A stretch of DNA of 64,000 bases from Lachnospiraceae bacterium (GCA_017412055.1 JAFQOW010000015.1:77602-141601), one strand, 5' to 3'. Positions 1-11,563 are shown, counted from the stretch's first letter. Made by a program: numbers and translations. Notes: generated by a model from the sequence alone, not told the origin.

Positions 1-2
1 AT

Positions 3-170
3 ATGGATACAGAAAAAGTTTTAAAAATAATCAGTGAAGCGAAAAGTGTTGGTATTATGCTTGAGAGTGATATGCAGATTAACAAGCAGGATCAAAATAT
101 TATTAATGTAGTCAAGGTAATTAATAATTTGCTTGGAATGGCATTGGATAATTTTTCAAAGGATAAATAA
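3..170 (+). CDS. small hypothetical protein (56 aa)
   Basis: ATG at 3 to TAA at 168-170. Below the 60-aa cutoff of the ORF track. No recognisable motif, so coding status is uncertain. Confidence 0.25.
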   Translation: MDTEKVLKIISEAKSVGIMLESDMQINKQDQNIINVVKVINNLLGMALDNFSKDK

Positions 171-193
171 AAGGTATATGCAGGAGCATATAC

Positions 194-490
194 CTAAGAA
201 ATTGTATCAATGAAATCTTGTAACAATTTGTGCTGGGAAGCGGATAAATTAGATGTATCAATATATGATGAACAGTTAGTTTTATCAAGACCTAATAAAT
301 AATCTGTTGAACAACGATATAAGCCGGCTAGAGCCATTAGACATTCTACACTAGGTGTACGTTCACCACTTTCATAATTTGAAATAATAGAGGGGGATAC
401 ACCGATAGCTTTGGCAACTTCTTTTTGAGATAATTTTGAAAGCTTGCGTTGTTCTTGTAGTCTAATATTTAATTTATTAACCATAAGCAA
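194..490 (-). CDS. XRE-family helix-turn-helix transcriptional regulator
   Basis: Cro/C1-type HTH signature (QEQRKLSKLSQKEVAKAIGVSPSIISNYESGERTPSVECLMALAGLY). GGAGG SD 7 nt upstream of the ATG (rc of 488-490). Divergent from the sigma-factor operon. Confidence 0.8.
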   Translation of the reverse strand: MLMVNKLNIRLQEQRKLSKLSQKEVAKAIGVSPSIISNYESGERTPSVECLMALAGLYRCSTDYLLGLDKTNCSSYIDTSNLSASQHKLLQDFIDTIS

Positions 491-630
491 ATCCTCCTTT
501 TCCTAAAGTCATTATATGATATAAAGTATGACTTTAGGGAATGGCAATTATGCTAAAAGTGTTGATATAAGATGAGAAAAATGGTAAAATAGTTGGAAAA
601 GTGGTGCGTTATAAAAAAGGATTGGTGTAT

Positions 631-798
631 ATGGAAAAGGAAGAGATAAATATTGTTAAAAATTCTAAAGATGATAATAGAATATCGCATAATAATTTAT
701 TGTGGCTAATTTATAGAAGGTTAGCTGAAGAGATAGATATAAGCACATTTGATAATAAACCATTTATTGTAAGATATACGGAGGAAATAGATGAATAA
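631..798 (+). CDS. small hypothetical protein, translationally coupled (ATGA overlap) to the downstream sigma-factor gene
   Basis: The tracked ORF is 601-798; the internal ATG at 631 is the more plausible start. Its stop overlaps the start of the 791 ORF. Confidence 0.4.
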   Translation: MEKEEINIVKNSKDDNRISHNNLLWLIYRRLAEEIDISTFDNKPFIVRYTEEIDE

Positions 799-2818
799 TG
801 AAAAATACGCAAAGCAGGATGAACAGCTTTTCTTTCACATTAGAAATATGCAAGCTGGGAATACGAATAGTTATACAGAAGTATATAATCTTTCATCAAA
901 ATATTTATATAAGATAATTTATGATATTGTTCAGGACTATCATACAACAGAGGATATGCTACAGGAGACATTTTTAAAAATATATAACAATATAGGAAGT
1001 CTTCAAAATCCAGAGGCATACTTTGTGTGGGCAGGCCGAATAGCGACAAATCTTTGTGTAAGATATATACATAAGTATCGCAAGGAAATTCTTAGTACAG
1101 CGACAGAGGATGGCGAAGGCAACGAAGAGTTTATATTTGATACTGTAGCGGATGACAATGAGATGTTTATACCTGAATCTGTGCTTGATAATAAGGAACA
1201 ACAGCGAATGATAGGAGAGGTTATTGATTCATTATCTGTTGAGCAAAAGCTTGCTGTACAGTGCTTTTACTTTGAAGAGATGTCAGTAAAGGAAATTGCT
1301 GCTCTTATGGAGTGTTCTGAGGGTACTATAAAGAGCAGACTCAATTACGCTAGAAAGTCTATAAAGGAATCAGTTTTAAATATAGAAAAAACTCAGGGAA
1401 CAAAGCTTTACAGCTTTGGTGCGATACCTGTATTGCTTTTTGTTTACAAAAGCTTTGCCAGGGCAGCAGTTCCCACAGCAGCGGTTGCAGGCACAGGGGC
1501 AGCACTTGCCGGAGCGTGTGGAACCAGTGGCTCTGTGGTAGGAGCATCGGTTTCTACAGCAGCCACAGCAGGTATATCTGGAAAATTAGTTGCTATCATA
1601 GCATCAGTAGCAATTGGCACAGGAGCAATCGTAGGTGGAACAATTTGGGCAGTTACAGAGGAAAGCAAAAAGGAAGCATATGTAGAAGAGAGTGCCACAA
1701 GTAATCAAGAAACATTGCCTTTGACGGACATAGAGAATATTACGGTGGAAAGTGGAATTGTAGTTGGCGATGAAATTCCAATAGGCGGAAAATATGTTGT
1801 GGCTTCTACTGGAAAAGAATTAAAAGCTGGAGATAAAATGCCAGAAGCACCAGAACAAGATGATTGTTATTATTATGAAGATTATAAATATACATATGAT
1901 TATTTTAATGGTGGCTGGAAAGTTGAGCTAGACAATAAAGAAGAATATAAGCTTCAGACATCTTTTGGAGAAATTATAGAATCTATAGCAGGAGTTAATG
2001 TTGTAGATGTATCAGAACTGTTTTTGGGATGCTCAAATTTAAAAGAAACTCCAAAGCTTCCATCAGGAGTTTTATATATGAATAGAACATTTCAAGAATG
2101 TACTATTCTTGAAAAAGTAACAAATATTCCAGAAGGAGTTGAAAATATAGACGCTGCTTTTAGTTATTGCGAAAATATAAAAGAGATTCCTAGGATACCA
2201 TCTAGTGTAAAAAATATGAATTCTACATTTTATGGATGTAAGAGTTTAATAAAAACTCCAAATATACCAGATGGGGTAATGGAATTGAGAGAAACATTTA
2301 AGAATTGCGAAAGTTTAATAGAAGCGCCAGAATTGCCAGTAGGGATTGTGGATATGTCAGGAACATTTTCTGGGTGTAAGATATTGAAGGAAGCGCCAGA
2401 ATTGCCTAATAGTGTGACAGATTTAAGCCAGACTTTTGAACACTGCACAAGCTTATCAATGCCACCTGATATACCAGAAAATGTAATATATATGTCGGGA
2501 ACATTTGATGAATGTTGGAATTTGGAACAAGCACCACAGATACCGTATGGAGTTACAGATATGAAATTTGTAATTAGAGGTTGCAAATTGATAACTATGG
2601 CACCGGTAATACCTGGTACTGTTGAAGATATGACAGCGGCATTTCAAGATTGTTCCGGACTGACAGGAACAATTATTATTGATGCTAATCCTACATATTA
2701 CGAACAGTGTTTTAGTAGAGTGGATTTTGAAAAGCAAGGTATAGTGCTTGGCGGTTCTTCTAATATGTTAGAAGAACTTAAAGTAACCAGTGAGCTTTAT
2801 GAACCAGATGAAAATTAA
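791..2818 (+). CDS. ECF-type sigma-70 factor (regions 2 and 4) fused to a Gly/Ala-rich transmembrane segment and a C-terminal BspA-type leucine-rich-repeat ectodomain
   Basis: N-terminal region 2 (LQETFLKIYNNIGSL...FVWAGRIATNLCVRYIHKYRK). Region 4 HTH (LSVEQKLAVQCFYFEEMSVKEIAALMECSEGTIKSRLNYARKSIKE). Hydrophobic helix LVAIIASVAIGTGAIVGGTIWAV. About ten ~23-aa repeats of IPxGVxxMxxTFxxCxSLxExPxIP (BspA/LRR_5 type). Confidence 0.75.
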   Translation: MNNEKYAKQDEQLFFHIRNMQAGNTNSYTEVYNLSSKYLYKIIYDIVQDYHTTEDMLQETFLKIYNNIGSLQNPEAYFVWAGRIATNLCVRYIHKYRKEILSTATEDGEGNEEFIFDTVADDNEMFIPESVLDNKEQQRMIGEVIDSLSVEQKLAVQCFYFEEMSVKEIAALMECSEGTIKSRLNYARKSIKESVLNIEKTQGTKLYSFGAIPVLLFVYKSFARAAVPTAAVAGTGAALAGACGTSGSVVGASVSTAATAGISGKLVAIIASVAIGTGAIVGGTIWAVTEESKKEAYVEESATSNQETLPLTDIENITVESGIVVGDEIPIGGKYVVASTGKELKAGDKMPEAPEQDDCYYYEDYKYTYDYFNGGWKVELDNKEEYKLQTSFGEIIESIAGVNVVDVSELFLGCSNLKETPKLPSGVLYMNRTFQECTILEKVTNIPEGVENIDAAFSYCENIKEIPRIPSSVKNMNSTFYGCKSLIKTPNIPDGVMELRETFKNCESLIEAPELPVGIVDMSGTFSGCKILKEAPELPNSVTDLSQTFEHCTSLSMPPDIPENVIYMSGTFDECWNLEQAPQIPYGVTDMKFVIRGCKLITMAPVIPGTVEDMTAAFQDCSGLTGTIIIDANPTYYEQCFSRVDFEKQGIVLGGSSNMLEELKVTSELYEPDEN

Positions 2819-2934
2819 GAAAAATAGAGATGAAATAAAAAAATATAAATTTTTTAAAAAATATAAAACCTATAGATAAGTTCGTGTATCTATATACCAT
2901 AACCGATAAAATTAAATTTAAGGAGGAAATTATT

Positions 2935-3351
2935 ATGGGTTTAGTATTATTATTAATTGCAGCGGTGTTATTTGTACCACCATTTTATCAGAAGAAGTAT
3001 TTTGCAGAGTATAACACAATTACAAAGGGTAAAGCATTTGCATTAGGTTTTGGATATTATACTATATTGATATTTATGGCATTCTTTCCAATTATAATTG
3101 CATCAGAGTATGGAACAGTTGCTACTGTAATTACAACAATTGTTTCACTAGCAGCTACAGGTGGTGTATTATATCTTATCTATAAAAAGAGAATGGCAAA
3201 GTTTGAAGAGGAATATCCAGAGGACAAGCTTTTACCTATAAAAGAAATGGTTGCTTGTATAGGTGCAGTTACATATCCGATAATTTTAGTATTTGGATTT
3301 GTATTTATAATAGTACTTAAAATTTCAGGTGGAAGTAAAAGAAGAGCATAA
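2935..3351 (+). CDS. small integral membrane protein (about 4 TM helices)
   Basis: AGGAGG SD at 2921-2926 then ATG at 2935. The tracked ORF starts upstream at 2884 without an SD. The protein is hydrophobic. Confidence 0.6.
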   Translation: MGLVLLLIAAVLFVPPFYQKKYFAEYNTITKGKAFALGFGYYTILIFMAFFPIIIASEYGTVATVITTIVSLAATGGVLYLIYKKRMAKFEEEYPEDKLLPIKEMVACIGAVTYPIILVFGFVFIIVLKISGGSKRRA

Positions 3352-3378
3352 ATAATAAAAGAAAGAGGAGTTGAGCCT

Positions 3379-4764
3379 ATGAAAAAAGGATTTGCATTTG
3401 TTTTAACTGCAGTAACCATGATGGCGCTGGCAGGATGTGGTGGCAATGTAGAAAGTAAGGATAATAAAACAACAGTGGAAAGTAGTATGGAGATAACATC
3501 AAATGAAGAAGCATCTTTGAACGTAGATGATAATGAAGAAGCTTCATCTGAAGAGAAAACAACTGTAGAAGCAACAAAAGACATTTCTTCAGAAGAAAAT
3601 AAAACTGTTGCAGAGCAGGAGACAACAACTAAGGTAGTTGTGAGTGAAAATACATCCACAACGAAGAAAACCACGGAAACCACGAAAAAGCCGGCTGAAA
3701 CAACTACAAAGAAGCCTGTAGAAACAACAAAGAAACCAATAGAGACAACAACTAAGAAGCCTATACAAAAACCAACAGAGACAACGACTAAGAAACCGGT
3801 GGAAACTGAGGCTCCTATCGTTACAAAGATAGGTAATGTAGATAATACGCAATATAGTAAGGTAGTAAAGGCATTTGAAAGTATTGTAAAAAAGATGCGT
3901 CAGGATGGCATAGTTAAAAAATCGGATGTATGTGTAACTATGGAAGGTACAACTATCAAGGTTGATATAAATTATGCAGATAAGGATTCTGATTTGGTAT
4001 TAATTTATAATGCAAATAGCAAGGTTTATGAATTAGTTGTGGATTATGGATTTCAATGGGCAGATGGATTTGGAACAAAGATTAATGGTAAAGATTCGGC
4101 GCCGTATAATAGAGAATTGATTAAATCTGTATTAAGCGTAATAACAAGTGAAAAGGATGTTGTTTTTGAACGAATAGACTTAGATTGTTATTCAGCGATG
4201 GGACTTTATGCAGATAAGTGGACACAGATAGCTGATTGTTCTATTATGAGTGGACAATTTAAACTGGATGAATATTTTTCATATTTTATCACTATGGAGG
4301 ATGTGGACAGCAGAGATAAGTCATTTACATTACTTGGAAAGAATAGTGCTGGAAAGACTATTGAATGCATATTAGAATATGATTCAAGTGTAGTTAAATA
4401 TGAAGCAATAGAAAATGGCGTACATTTGGAAGGCAATGATACAAATAATATATTTGGAAATGCAGCAGTTAAGACAGGAAGTAGTTCCTATGAGAATTAC
4501 AAAAAAGGATTAATCGATAGCTGGAAGGCAAAGGGAGATTCTAATCCTATGATTGATGAGATGACATCTCATCGTGTAAATGGATATACATATTATTGGT
4601 TTGAATTATTTTATGAAACTGCGGATGCAAAAGGTGATCCAGAAGTGTTATATGTACAGATAGGTGAAAATGAATATCTTGAGTTGTTTGGATTTGAATC
4701 ATGGATTAGATTTGAAGATTTTGTAAATGGAGCTTTGTTTATTAAGGAAGTAAAAGTTAAATAA
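3379..4764 (+). CDS. lipoprotein with T/K-rich linker repeats (TTKKP x about 7) and a C-terminal globular domain
   Basis: Signal peptide plus lipobox MMALAGC. Repeats ETTTKKPVETTKKPIETTTKKPIQKPTETTTKKPVETE at about nt 3660-3815. GAGGAG SD. Confidence 0.7.
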   Translation: MKKGFAFVLTAVTMMALAGCGGNVESKDNKTTVESSMEITSNEEASLNVDDNEEASSEEKTTVEATKDISSEENKTVAEQETTTKVVVSENTSTTKKTTETTKKPAETTTKKPVETTKKPIETTTKKPIQKPTETTTKKPVETEAPIVTKIGNVDNTQYSKVVKAFESIVKKMRQDGIVKKSDVCVTMEGTTIKVDINYADKDSDLVLIYNANSKVYELVVDYGFQWADGFGTKINGKDSAPYNRELIKSVLSVITSEKDVVFERIDLDCYSAMGLYADKWTQIADCSIMSGQFKLDEYFSYFITMEDVDSRDKSFTLLGKNSAGKTIECILEYDSSVVKYEAIENGVHLEGNDTNNIFGNAAVKTGSSSYENYKKGLIDSWKAKGDSNPMIDEMTSHRVNGYTYYWFELFYETADAKGDPEVLYVQIGENEYLELFGFESWIRFEDFVNGALFIKEVKVK

Positions 4765-4811
4765 GGGTGTTAAATATATATTTTATTATAATAAAGAAGG
4801 AGACTAAAATT

Positions 4812-5585
4812 ATGAGAAAGAATTTATTAGTAAAAACATTATTGATTGGAGCTTTATGTGGTACATTGTGTTTATGTGGATGTGGCGGCGATAAGGAAAA
4901 GGATAGTTCTACAGAATCAGTGAAGCAAACAGATGTACAGAATGATAAGGAAGATAATGGTGGAGAGTCAGATAGTGATTCAGGTGTAACTGAATTTACA
5001 CTTACAGAAGATGGTGGATACATAATACCAGGTAAGGTAATAGAAGAAAGTGAGAATGAATATAGAATATATGACACAGGATTTTTTGAGATTTTAGGTG
5101 GCGAAGGTAACGACTTAAGTATGGGTATGTATGCTAGCCAGTATAAATTTATTAAGGAAAAAGGTGCTGATAAGATAGTTATATCGTGTGCAAATATTAA
5201 AAAAATGGCTGGTTATGATAATTTTTCTTATGAGTTATACATAGTTGGAGATACAAAAATATCCGAGGATGCATTTAGAGATAATGATTCGTTAATTAAA
5301 GTATATATTTATTCAAAAGCAGGAGAAATTTCAAATTATGCTTTTTATAGATGCACGAATTTAAGGGAAGCCGTTTTAGGCTCAGGAGTTGAAGTGATTA
5401 ATAGTCTTAGCTTCGGTGAATGCAAAAGCTTGAAGGATATATCATTTTCAGAGGGATTAAAAGAAATAAAAGGGCATGCATTTGATGGATGTACGTCGTT
5501 ATTGTATGTAACAATACCAGCTTCAGCAAAAGATGGTGTAGCAGAAAATGTATTTCCTAACTATACAGAAATAGAGTACAAATAG
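4812..5585 (+). CDS. lipoprotein with BspA-type leucine-rich repeats
   Basis: Start MRKNLLVKTLLIGALCGTLCLCGCGG (lipobox) with AAGGAG SD. C-terminal repeats (AFxxCxxLxxxxLxxGVxxI...). The tracked ORF begins at 4767. Confidence 0.7.
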   Translation: MRKNLLVKTLLIGALCGTLCLCGCGGDKEKDSSTESVKQTDVQNDKEDNGGESDSDSGVTEFTLTEDGGYIIPGKVIEESENEYRIYDTGFFEILGGEGNDLSMGMYASQYKFIKEKGADKIVISCANIKKMAGYDNFSYELYIVGDTKISEDAFRDNDSLIKVYIYSKAGEISNYAFYRCTNLREAVLGSGVEVINSLSFGECKSLKDISFSEGLKEIKGHAFDGCTSLLYVTIPASAKDGVAENVFPNYTEIEYK

Positions 5586-5610
5586 AAGGAAAATAATAAA
5601 ACTATAAAAA

Positions 5611-5656
5611 TTAGCACTTACCACTTGACATTGCTAACGGTAAGTGCTATTTTATA
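5611..5656 (+). terminator. inverted repeat TTAGCACTTACC-N16-GGTAAGTGCTA followed by a T-run. Likely terminator of the upstream gene, with an embedded TTGACA (5625-5630) -N17- TATTTT candidate sigmaA promoter for hrcA
   Basis: Arms 5611-5622 and 5639-5649 are complementary, followed by ATTTTAT. The arms resemble CIRCE half-sites. Confidence 0.45.
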
Positions 5657-5664
5657 TGTAGTTG

Positions 5665-5691
5665 TTAGCACTCAAATCAACGGAGTGCTAA
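5665..5691 (+). promoter_or_regulatory. CIRCE operator (HrcA binding site) of the hrcA-grpE-dnaK-dnaJ operon
   Basis: Exact consensus TTAGCACTC-N9-GAGTGCTAA (TTAGCACTCaaatcaacgGAGTGCTAA), 110 bp upstream of hrcA. Confidence 0.92.
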
Positions 5692-5800
5692 TATAGTTAG
5701 GAGGAAGCCGAAGTCTGAACCGAAGGTTCAAGACAAGGACAGAGGCTCCTAACACAGTTAGGAGGAAGCTTCTAGCAATTATTGAAAAGGAGGTAACCGG

Positions 5801-6850
5801 ATGGAATTAGAAGGAAGAAAACTTAAAATCCTTCAAGCAATTATTCGTAATTACTTAGATACTGGTGAACCTGTAGGTTCACGAACCATTTCAAAGTACA
5901 CCGACTTAAATCTTAGTCCGGCGACTATCCGAAATGAGATGGCTGATTTAGAAGAACTTGGATATATATTCCAGCCACATACATCAGCAGGAAGAATTCC
6001 TTCCGATAAGGGCTACAGATTATATGTAGACAATATGATGAAGGATAAAGAGCAGGAGCTTAAAGCTAGAGAAAAAGAAGTTGACGATATGCGTGAGTTT
6101 CTTAATGATAAGGTAGATAAAGTTGAAACCTTACTTAAGAATATGGCTAAGATGTTAGCGAATAACACTGATTACGCAGCGATGATTTCAGCGCCTCAGG
6201 CTCGAAAGAATAAGGTCAAATTTATTCAGTTATCACAGGTTGAAGATCACAGAATGCTTTGCGTAATAGTTCTTGAAGGTAATATTATTAAAAATAAAAT
6301 AATTAATGTAAAAGAAGACATTGATAATGAGACGTTACTAAAGCTCAACATATTGTTTAATAGTAGCTTGAATGGATTAACCTTAGAAGAGATAAATCTT
6401 GGAATTATTTCAAAGATGAATGGTCAGGCTGGTGAGCAGCTAGAGATTGCAAGAAGCGTGTTGGATGCTGTTGCAGAGGCCATAAGTACAGAAGACAATT
6501 TAGAGATTTATACAAGTGGTGCGACGAATATATTTAAGTACCCAGAGCTAAGTGATAATAATAAAGCCAAGGAGCTTATTAGCACATTCGAGGAAAAACA
6601 GCTCTTAACCACTCTTATAGAGATGGATAATGAGAATATAGAAACTGGTATAAGGGTTTATATCGGTGAAGAGACACCTGTTCATACTATGAAGGATTGT
6701 AGTGTTATAACGGCAACCTACGAATTGGAAGAAGGTGTACATGGTACTATAGGAATTATAGGACCAAAACGAATGGATTATGAGAAGGTTGTTGATACCT
6801 TAAAGAATATCAAGGACCAGTTAGATTCCGTATATAAGAAAAAGGAGTAA
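5801..6850 (+). CDS. hrcA: heat-inducible transcription repressor HrcA
   Basis: N-terminus MELEGRKLKILQAIIRNYLDTGEPVGSRTISK is typical of HrcA. Position is first gene of the dnaK operon behind CIRCE. AAGGAGG SD. Confidence 0.95.
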   Translation: MELEGRKLKILQAIIRNYLDTGEPVGSRTISKYTDLNLSPATIRNEMADLEELGYIFQPHTSAGRIPSDKGYRLYVDNMMKDKEQELKAREKEVDDMREFLNDKVDKVETLLKNMAKMLANNTDYAAMISAPQARKNKVKFIQLSQVEDHRMLCVIVLEGNIIKNKIINVKEDIDNETLLKLNILFNSSLNGLTLEEINLGIISKMNGQAGEQLEIARSVLDAVAEAISTEDNLEIYTSGATNIFKYPELSDNNKAKELISTFEEKQLLTTLIEMDNENIETGIRVYIGEETPVHTMKDCSVITATYELEEGVHGTIGIIGPKRMDYEKVVDTLKNIKDQLDSVYKKKE

Positions 6851-6864
6851 AGGAGGCGTATTAA

Positions 6865-7485
6865 GTGGCTAAGAAAGAAAAGACTAAAGCTGAAGAAGCA
6901 TTAAATCAAGAAGCTACTGTGGAGGATACAGCTACTGAAGCTGTGAGTGATGAGACAGTAGAAGCTACTGAGGAGAGTGCTGAGGATAAGGCAGAGGCAG
7001 AAAATGATGAGGCTGCATCAAATGAAGAACAGCCAGCAGAAAAGGATAAGAAGGATATTCTCATAGAGGAGCTTAATGACAAGTACATGAGAACATTTGC
7101 AGAGTTTGATAACTTCAGAAAGAGAAGTGAAAAGGAAAAGGCTGCAATGTTCGAAGTAGGTGCAAAGAGTATTATTGAGAAAATTCTTCCAATTGTAGAC
7201 AGCTTTGAGCGAGGCCTTGGAACATTAACAGAAGACGAGATTAAAGCTAATCCATTTGCAGACGGAATGGATAAGGTCTACAAACAGATGGTAAAGGCTC
7301 TTGAGGAAGTAGGAGTTACACCGATAGAAGCAGTAGGAAAGGAATTTGATCCAAATCTTCATAATGCAGTAATGCATGGAGATGACGAACAGTATGGTGA
7401 GAACATCATATCAGAAGAATTCCAAAAAGGATATATGTATCGTGACACAGTAGTTAGATATAGCATGGTAAAAGTTATTAATTAA
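6865..7485 (+). CDS. grpE: nucleotide exchange factor GrpE
   Basis: GTG start with AGGAGG SD at 6851-6856. Acidic N-terminus then the conserved GrpE core (FDNFRKRSEKE...ILPIVDSFERGL...GVTPIEAVGKEFDPNLHNAV). Confidence 0.95.
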   Translation: MAKKEKTKAEEALNQEATVEDTATEAVSDETVEATEESAEDKAEAENDEAASNEEQPAEKDKKDILIEELNDKYMRTFAEFDNFRKRSEKEKAAMFEVGAKSIIEKILPIVDSFERGLGTLTEDEIKANPFADGMDKVYKQMVKALEEVGVTPIEAVGKEFDPNLHNAVMHGDDEQYGENIISEEFQKGYMYRDTVVRYSMVKVIN

Positions 7486-7663
7486 GTGTTAAACAATGAG
7501 GAAAGAAATTAAGGCGTATGTGCTTGCACATAAAGAATTAATTTCTCGACGAATGTACAGTTTGAGCAATGTAGAGCGATAGCTCGAAATTGCGAAAGCT
7601 GCGAATGCGAGAGTTTCGAAGAAACGTAGCATTCGGTTAACACAGTTAAAGAGTTAAGAATAA

Positions 7664-9547
<1,884 letters not shown>

Positions 9548-9680
9548 AGTATAGCTAGATGATATAAGATGATATAAAATGTTATAAGGGCATGATTTCA
9601 TGTCCTTATAGCACGTATTACATTACTTATTGGTAGAGTTGTTATATGATAATTTAGTGAATAACAGAACGGAGTAAGAT

Positions 9681-10847
9681 ATGGCAGATAAGAGAGATTA
9701 CTACGAGGTTCTAGGCGTAGATAAGAATGCCGATGATGCAGCAATTAAAAAAGCATATAGACAGTTGGCTAAGAAGTATCATCCAGATACAAATCCTGGC
9801 AATGCAGAGGCAGAGGCTAAGTTTAAAGAGGCTTCTGAGGCTTATGCTATATTAAGTGATGCTGAGAAGAGACGTCAGTACGACCAGTTTGGTCATGCTG
9901 CCTTTCAGGGTGGTGGTGGCCCAGGTGCTGGTGGATTTGATTTCTCAGATATGGGTGATATTTTCGGCGACATATTTGGTGATTTCTTTGGTGGTGGAAG
10001 AAGAAGTTCTTCTAACAATGGTCCAAGAAAGGGTGCAAACATCAGAGTTGGCGTACGTATAACATTTGAGGAAGCTTGCTTTGGTACTGAGAAGGAAATA
10101 GAGGTTACTCTTAAGGAAGACTGTACTACATGTAAGGGAACAGGTGCTAAGGAAGGTTCTTCTCCTGTGACATGTTCTAAATGTGGTGGTAAGGGTCAGG
10201 TTGTATATACACAGCAGTCACTTTTTGGAATGGTTAGAAATGTTCAGACATGTCCAGAATGTAATGGAAAGGGCAAGATTATTAAGGATAAGTGTCCAGA
10301 CTGTCGCGGTACAGGATATACATCAGCAAGAAAGAAAATTCAAGTTACTATACCGGCAGGTATTGATGACGGTCAGAGCATCCGTATTGGATCAAAGGGT
10401 GAGCCAGGTATAAATGGTGGTCCAAGAGGAGATTTACTTGTAGAAGTAACTGTTATGAGACACCCTATCTTCCAGAGAGATGGATATGACTTATTCTCTA
10501 CAGCACCTATCTCATTTGCTCAGGCAGCACTTGGTGGTGACGTAAGAATCAGTACAATAGATGGAGATGTGCTCTTTAACATAAAAGCAGGTACACAGAC
10601 AGATACAAGAATAAGACTTCGTGGCAAGGGTGTGCCATCCCTTAGAAATAAAAATATGCGTGGTGACCAGTACGTTACATTGGTAGTACAGGTACCAGAA
10701 AAGCTGAACAGCGAACAGATAGAGGCATTGAAGGCATTTGATGCAGCTATGGGTGGAACCTTGGAAGAAGGAAAAAATGGCGATGAGCCTGAAAAGAAAG
10801 AAGAAAAAGGTAAAAAGAAGAAAGGGTTAAAGGACCTTTTCTCATAA
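9681..10847 (+). CDS. dnaJ: molecular chaperone DnaJ (Hsp40)
   Basis: J-domain with HPD ([10 protein letters not shown]), G/F-rich region, four CxxCxGxG zinc-finger repeats and a C-terminal domain. Confidence 0.95.
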   Translation: MADKRDYYEVLGVDKNADDAAIKKAYRQLAKKYHPDTNPGNAEAEAKFKEASEAYAILSDAEKRRQYDQFGHAAFQGGGGPGAGGFDFSDMGDIFGDIFGDFFGGGRRSSSNNGPRKGANIRVGVRITFEEACFGTEKEIEVTLKEDCTTCKGTGAKEGSSPVTCSKCGGKGQVVYTQQSLFGMVRNVQTCPECNGKGKIIKDKCPDCRGTGYTSARKKIQVTIPAGIDDGQSIRIGSKGEPGINGGPRGDLLVEVTVMRHPIFQRDGYDLFSTAPISFAQAALGGDVRISTIDGDVLFNIKAGTQTDTRIRLRGKGVPSLRNKNMRGDQYVTLVVQVPEKLNSEQIEALKAFDAAMGGTLEEGKNGDEPEKKEEKGKKKKGLKDLFS

Positions 10848-10851
10848 ATAA

Positions 10852-10890
10852 AAAGGCGCGTAGAGATAGTTTCTATGCGTTTTTTTATGG
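10852..10890 (+). terminator. rho-independent terminator after dnaJ
   Basis: GC-rich hairpin GCGCGTAGAGATAGTTTCTATGCGT followed by TTTTTTT. Confidence 0.6.
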
Positions 10891-11035
10891 GGTTCACTAA
10901 ATAAGAGAGTAGTTTGATCTAACAAAGGAGAAGAAACGACATAAGGTGCATATAAATGAATGGTATATTTGGTAAGGATTTTGAGATAACATAATAAAAG
11001 CGATTATTTGTTGACGGTGCAGTTTTGTTAAAAAC

Positions 11036-11064
11036 TTGACAATGAATATATATTTATATACAAT
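11036..11064 (+). promoter_or_regulatory. sigmaA-type promoter TTGACA-N17-TACAAT for the peptide/ABC cluster
   Basis: TTGACAatgaatatatatttataTACAAT, about 45 bp upstream of the first small ORF. Confidence 0.5.
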
Positions 11065-11107
11065 ACAATAGTTAATAAGGATTATATTTAGAGGTGAAAA
11101 AGTTAAA

Positions 11108-11236
11108 ATGAAGAGAAGACGAAACTTATTATTAGTTTTGATATGCACATTAGTAATAATGAATACAGCAGTAATTTATGTTGCAGCGATGCAAACTTTA
11201 GACGTGAGTAGTGATGATTATCAAGGAAACATATAG
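11108..11236 (+). CDS. 42-aa membrane peptide (MKRRRNLLLVLICTLVIMNTAVIYVAAMQTLDVSSDDYQGNI)
   Basis: AGAGGTGA SD 9 nt upstream of the ATG. N-terminal basic segment, a single hydrophobic helix, then an acidic tail. Not in the ORF track because it is under 60 aa. Confidence 0.45.
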   Translation: MKRRRNLLLVLICTLVIMNTAVIYVAAMQTLDVSSDDYQGNI

Positions 11237-11251
11237 GGATATGCAAGTGCT

Positions 11252-11506
11252 ATGATTGTGGAAAGTGGATGGTTTAAGCACCGTGGGCGTTCGTATGTAT
11301 CCTTAATGGGAAGTGACAAAGAACTTTTGAATAAAACATATGATGCATACTCATCAATTGGATCATTATATTGTCTTGGACGTTTAGGAAATTGGAACGC
11401 GGCAGTTGTAACACATGATGAATGTACAAAACATGGTTATTTTTCTAGTGTTAAAACAACTTTAGAAACAGAAAATTCAGAAATATCAGTAACAGCAAAA
11501 GACTAA
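11252..11506 (+). CDS. hypothetical 84-aa protein
   Basis: Tracked ORF. No clear SD and no recognisable domain. Two Cys residues. Only its position between the peptide and the permeases supports it. Confidence 0.3.
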   Translation: MIVESGWFKHRGRSYVSLMGSDKELLNKTYDAYSSIGSLYCLGRLGNWNAAVVTHDECTKHGYFSSVKTTLETENSEISVTAKD

Positions 11507-11563
11507 TTTAAGGGGAAAGGAAAATATAATCTTTATTAACAGTAATTTCAAGGAGTTGGCATA

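Noticed and set aside
5611-5650. Second CIRCE element upstream of hrcA
   Set aside because: TTAGCACTTACC-N16-GGTAAGTGCTA shares the TTAGCACT half-site but has the wrong spacer and inner sequence. It is more plausibly the upstream gene's terminator hairpin overlapping the hrcA promoter, and is only flagged as CIRCE-like.
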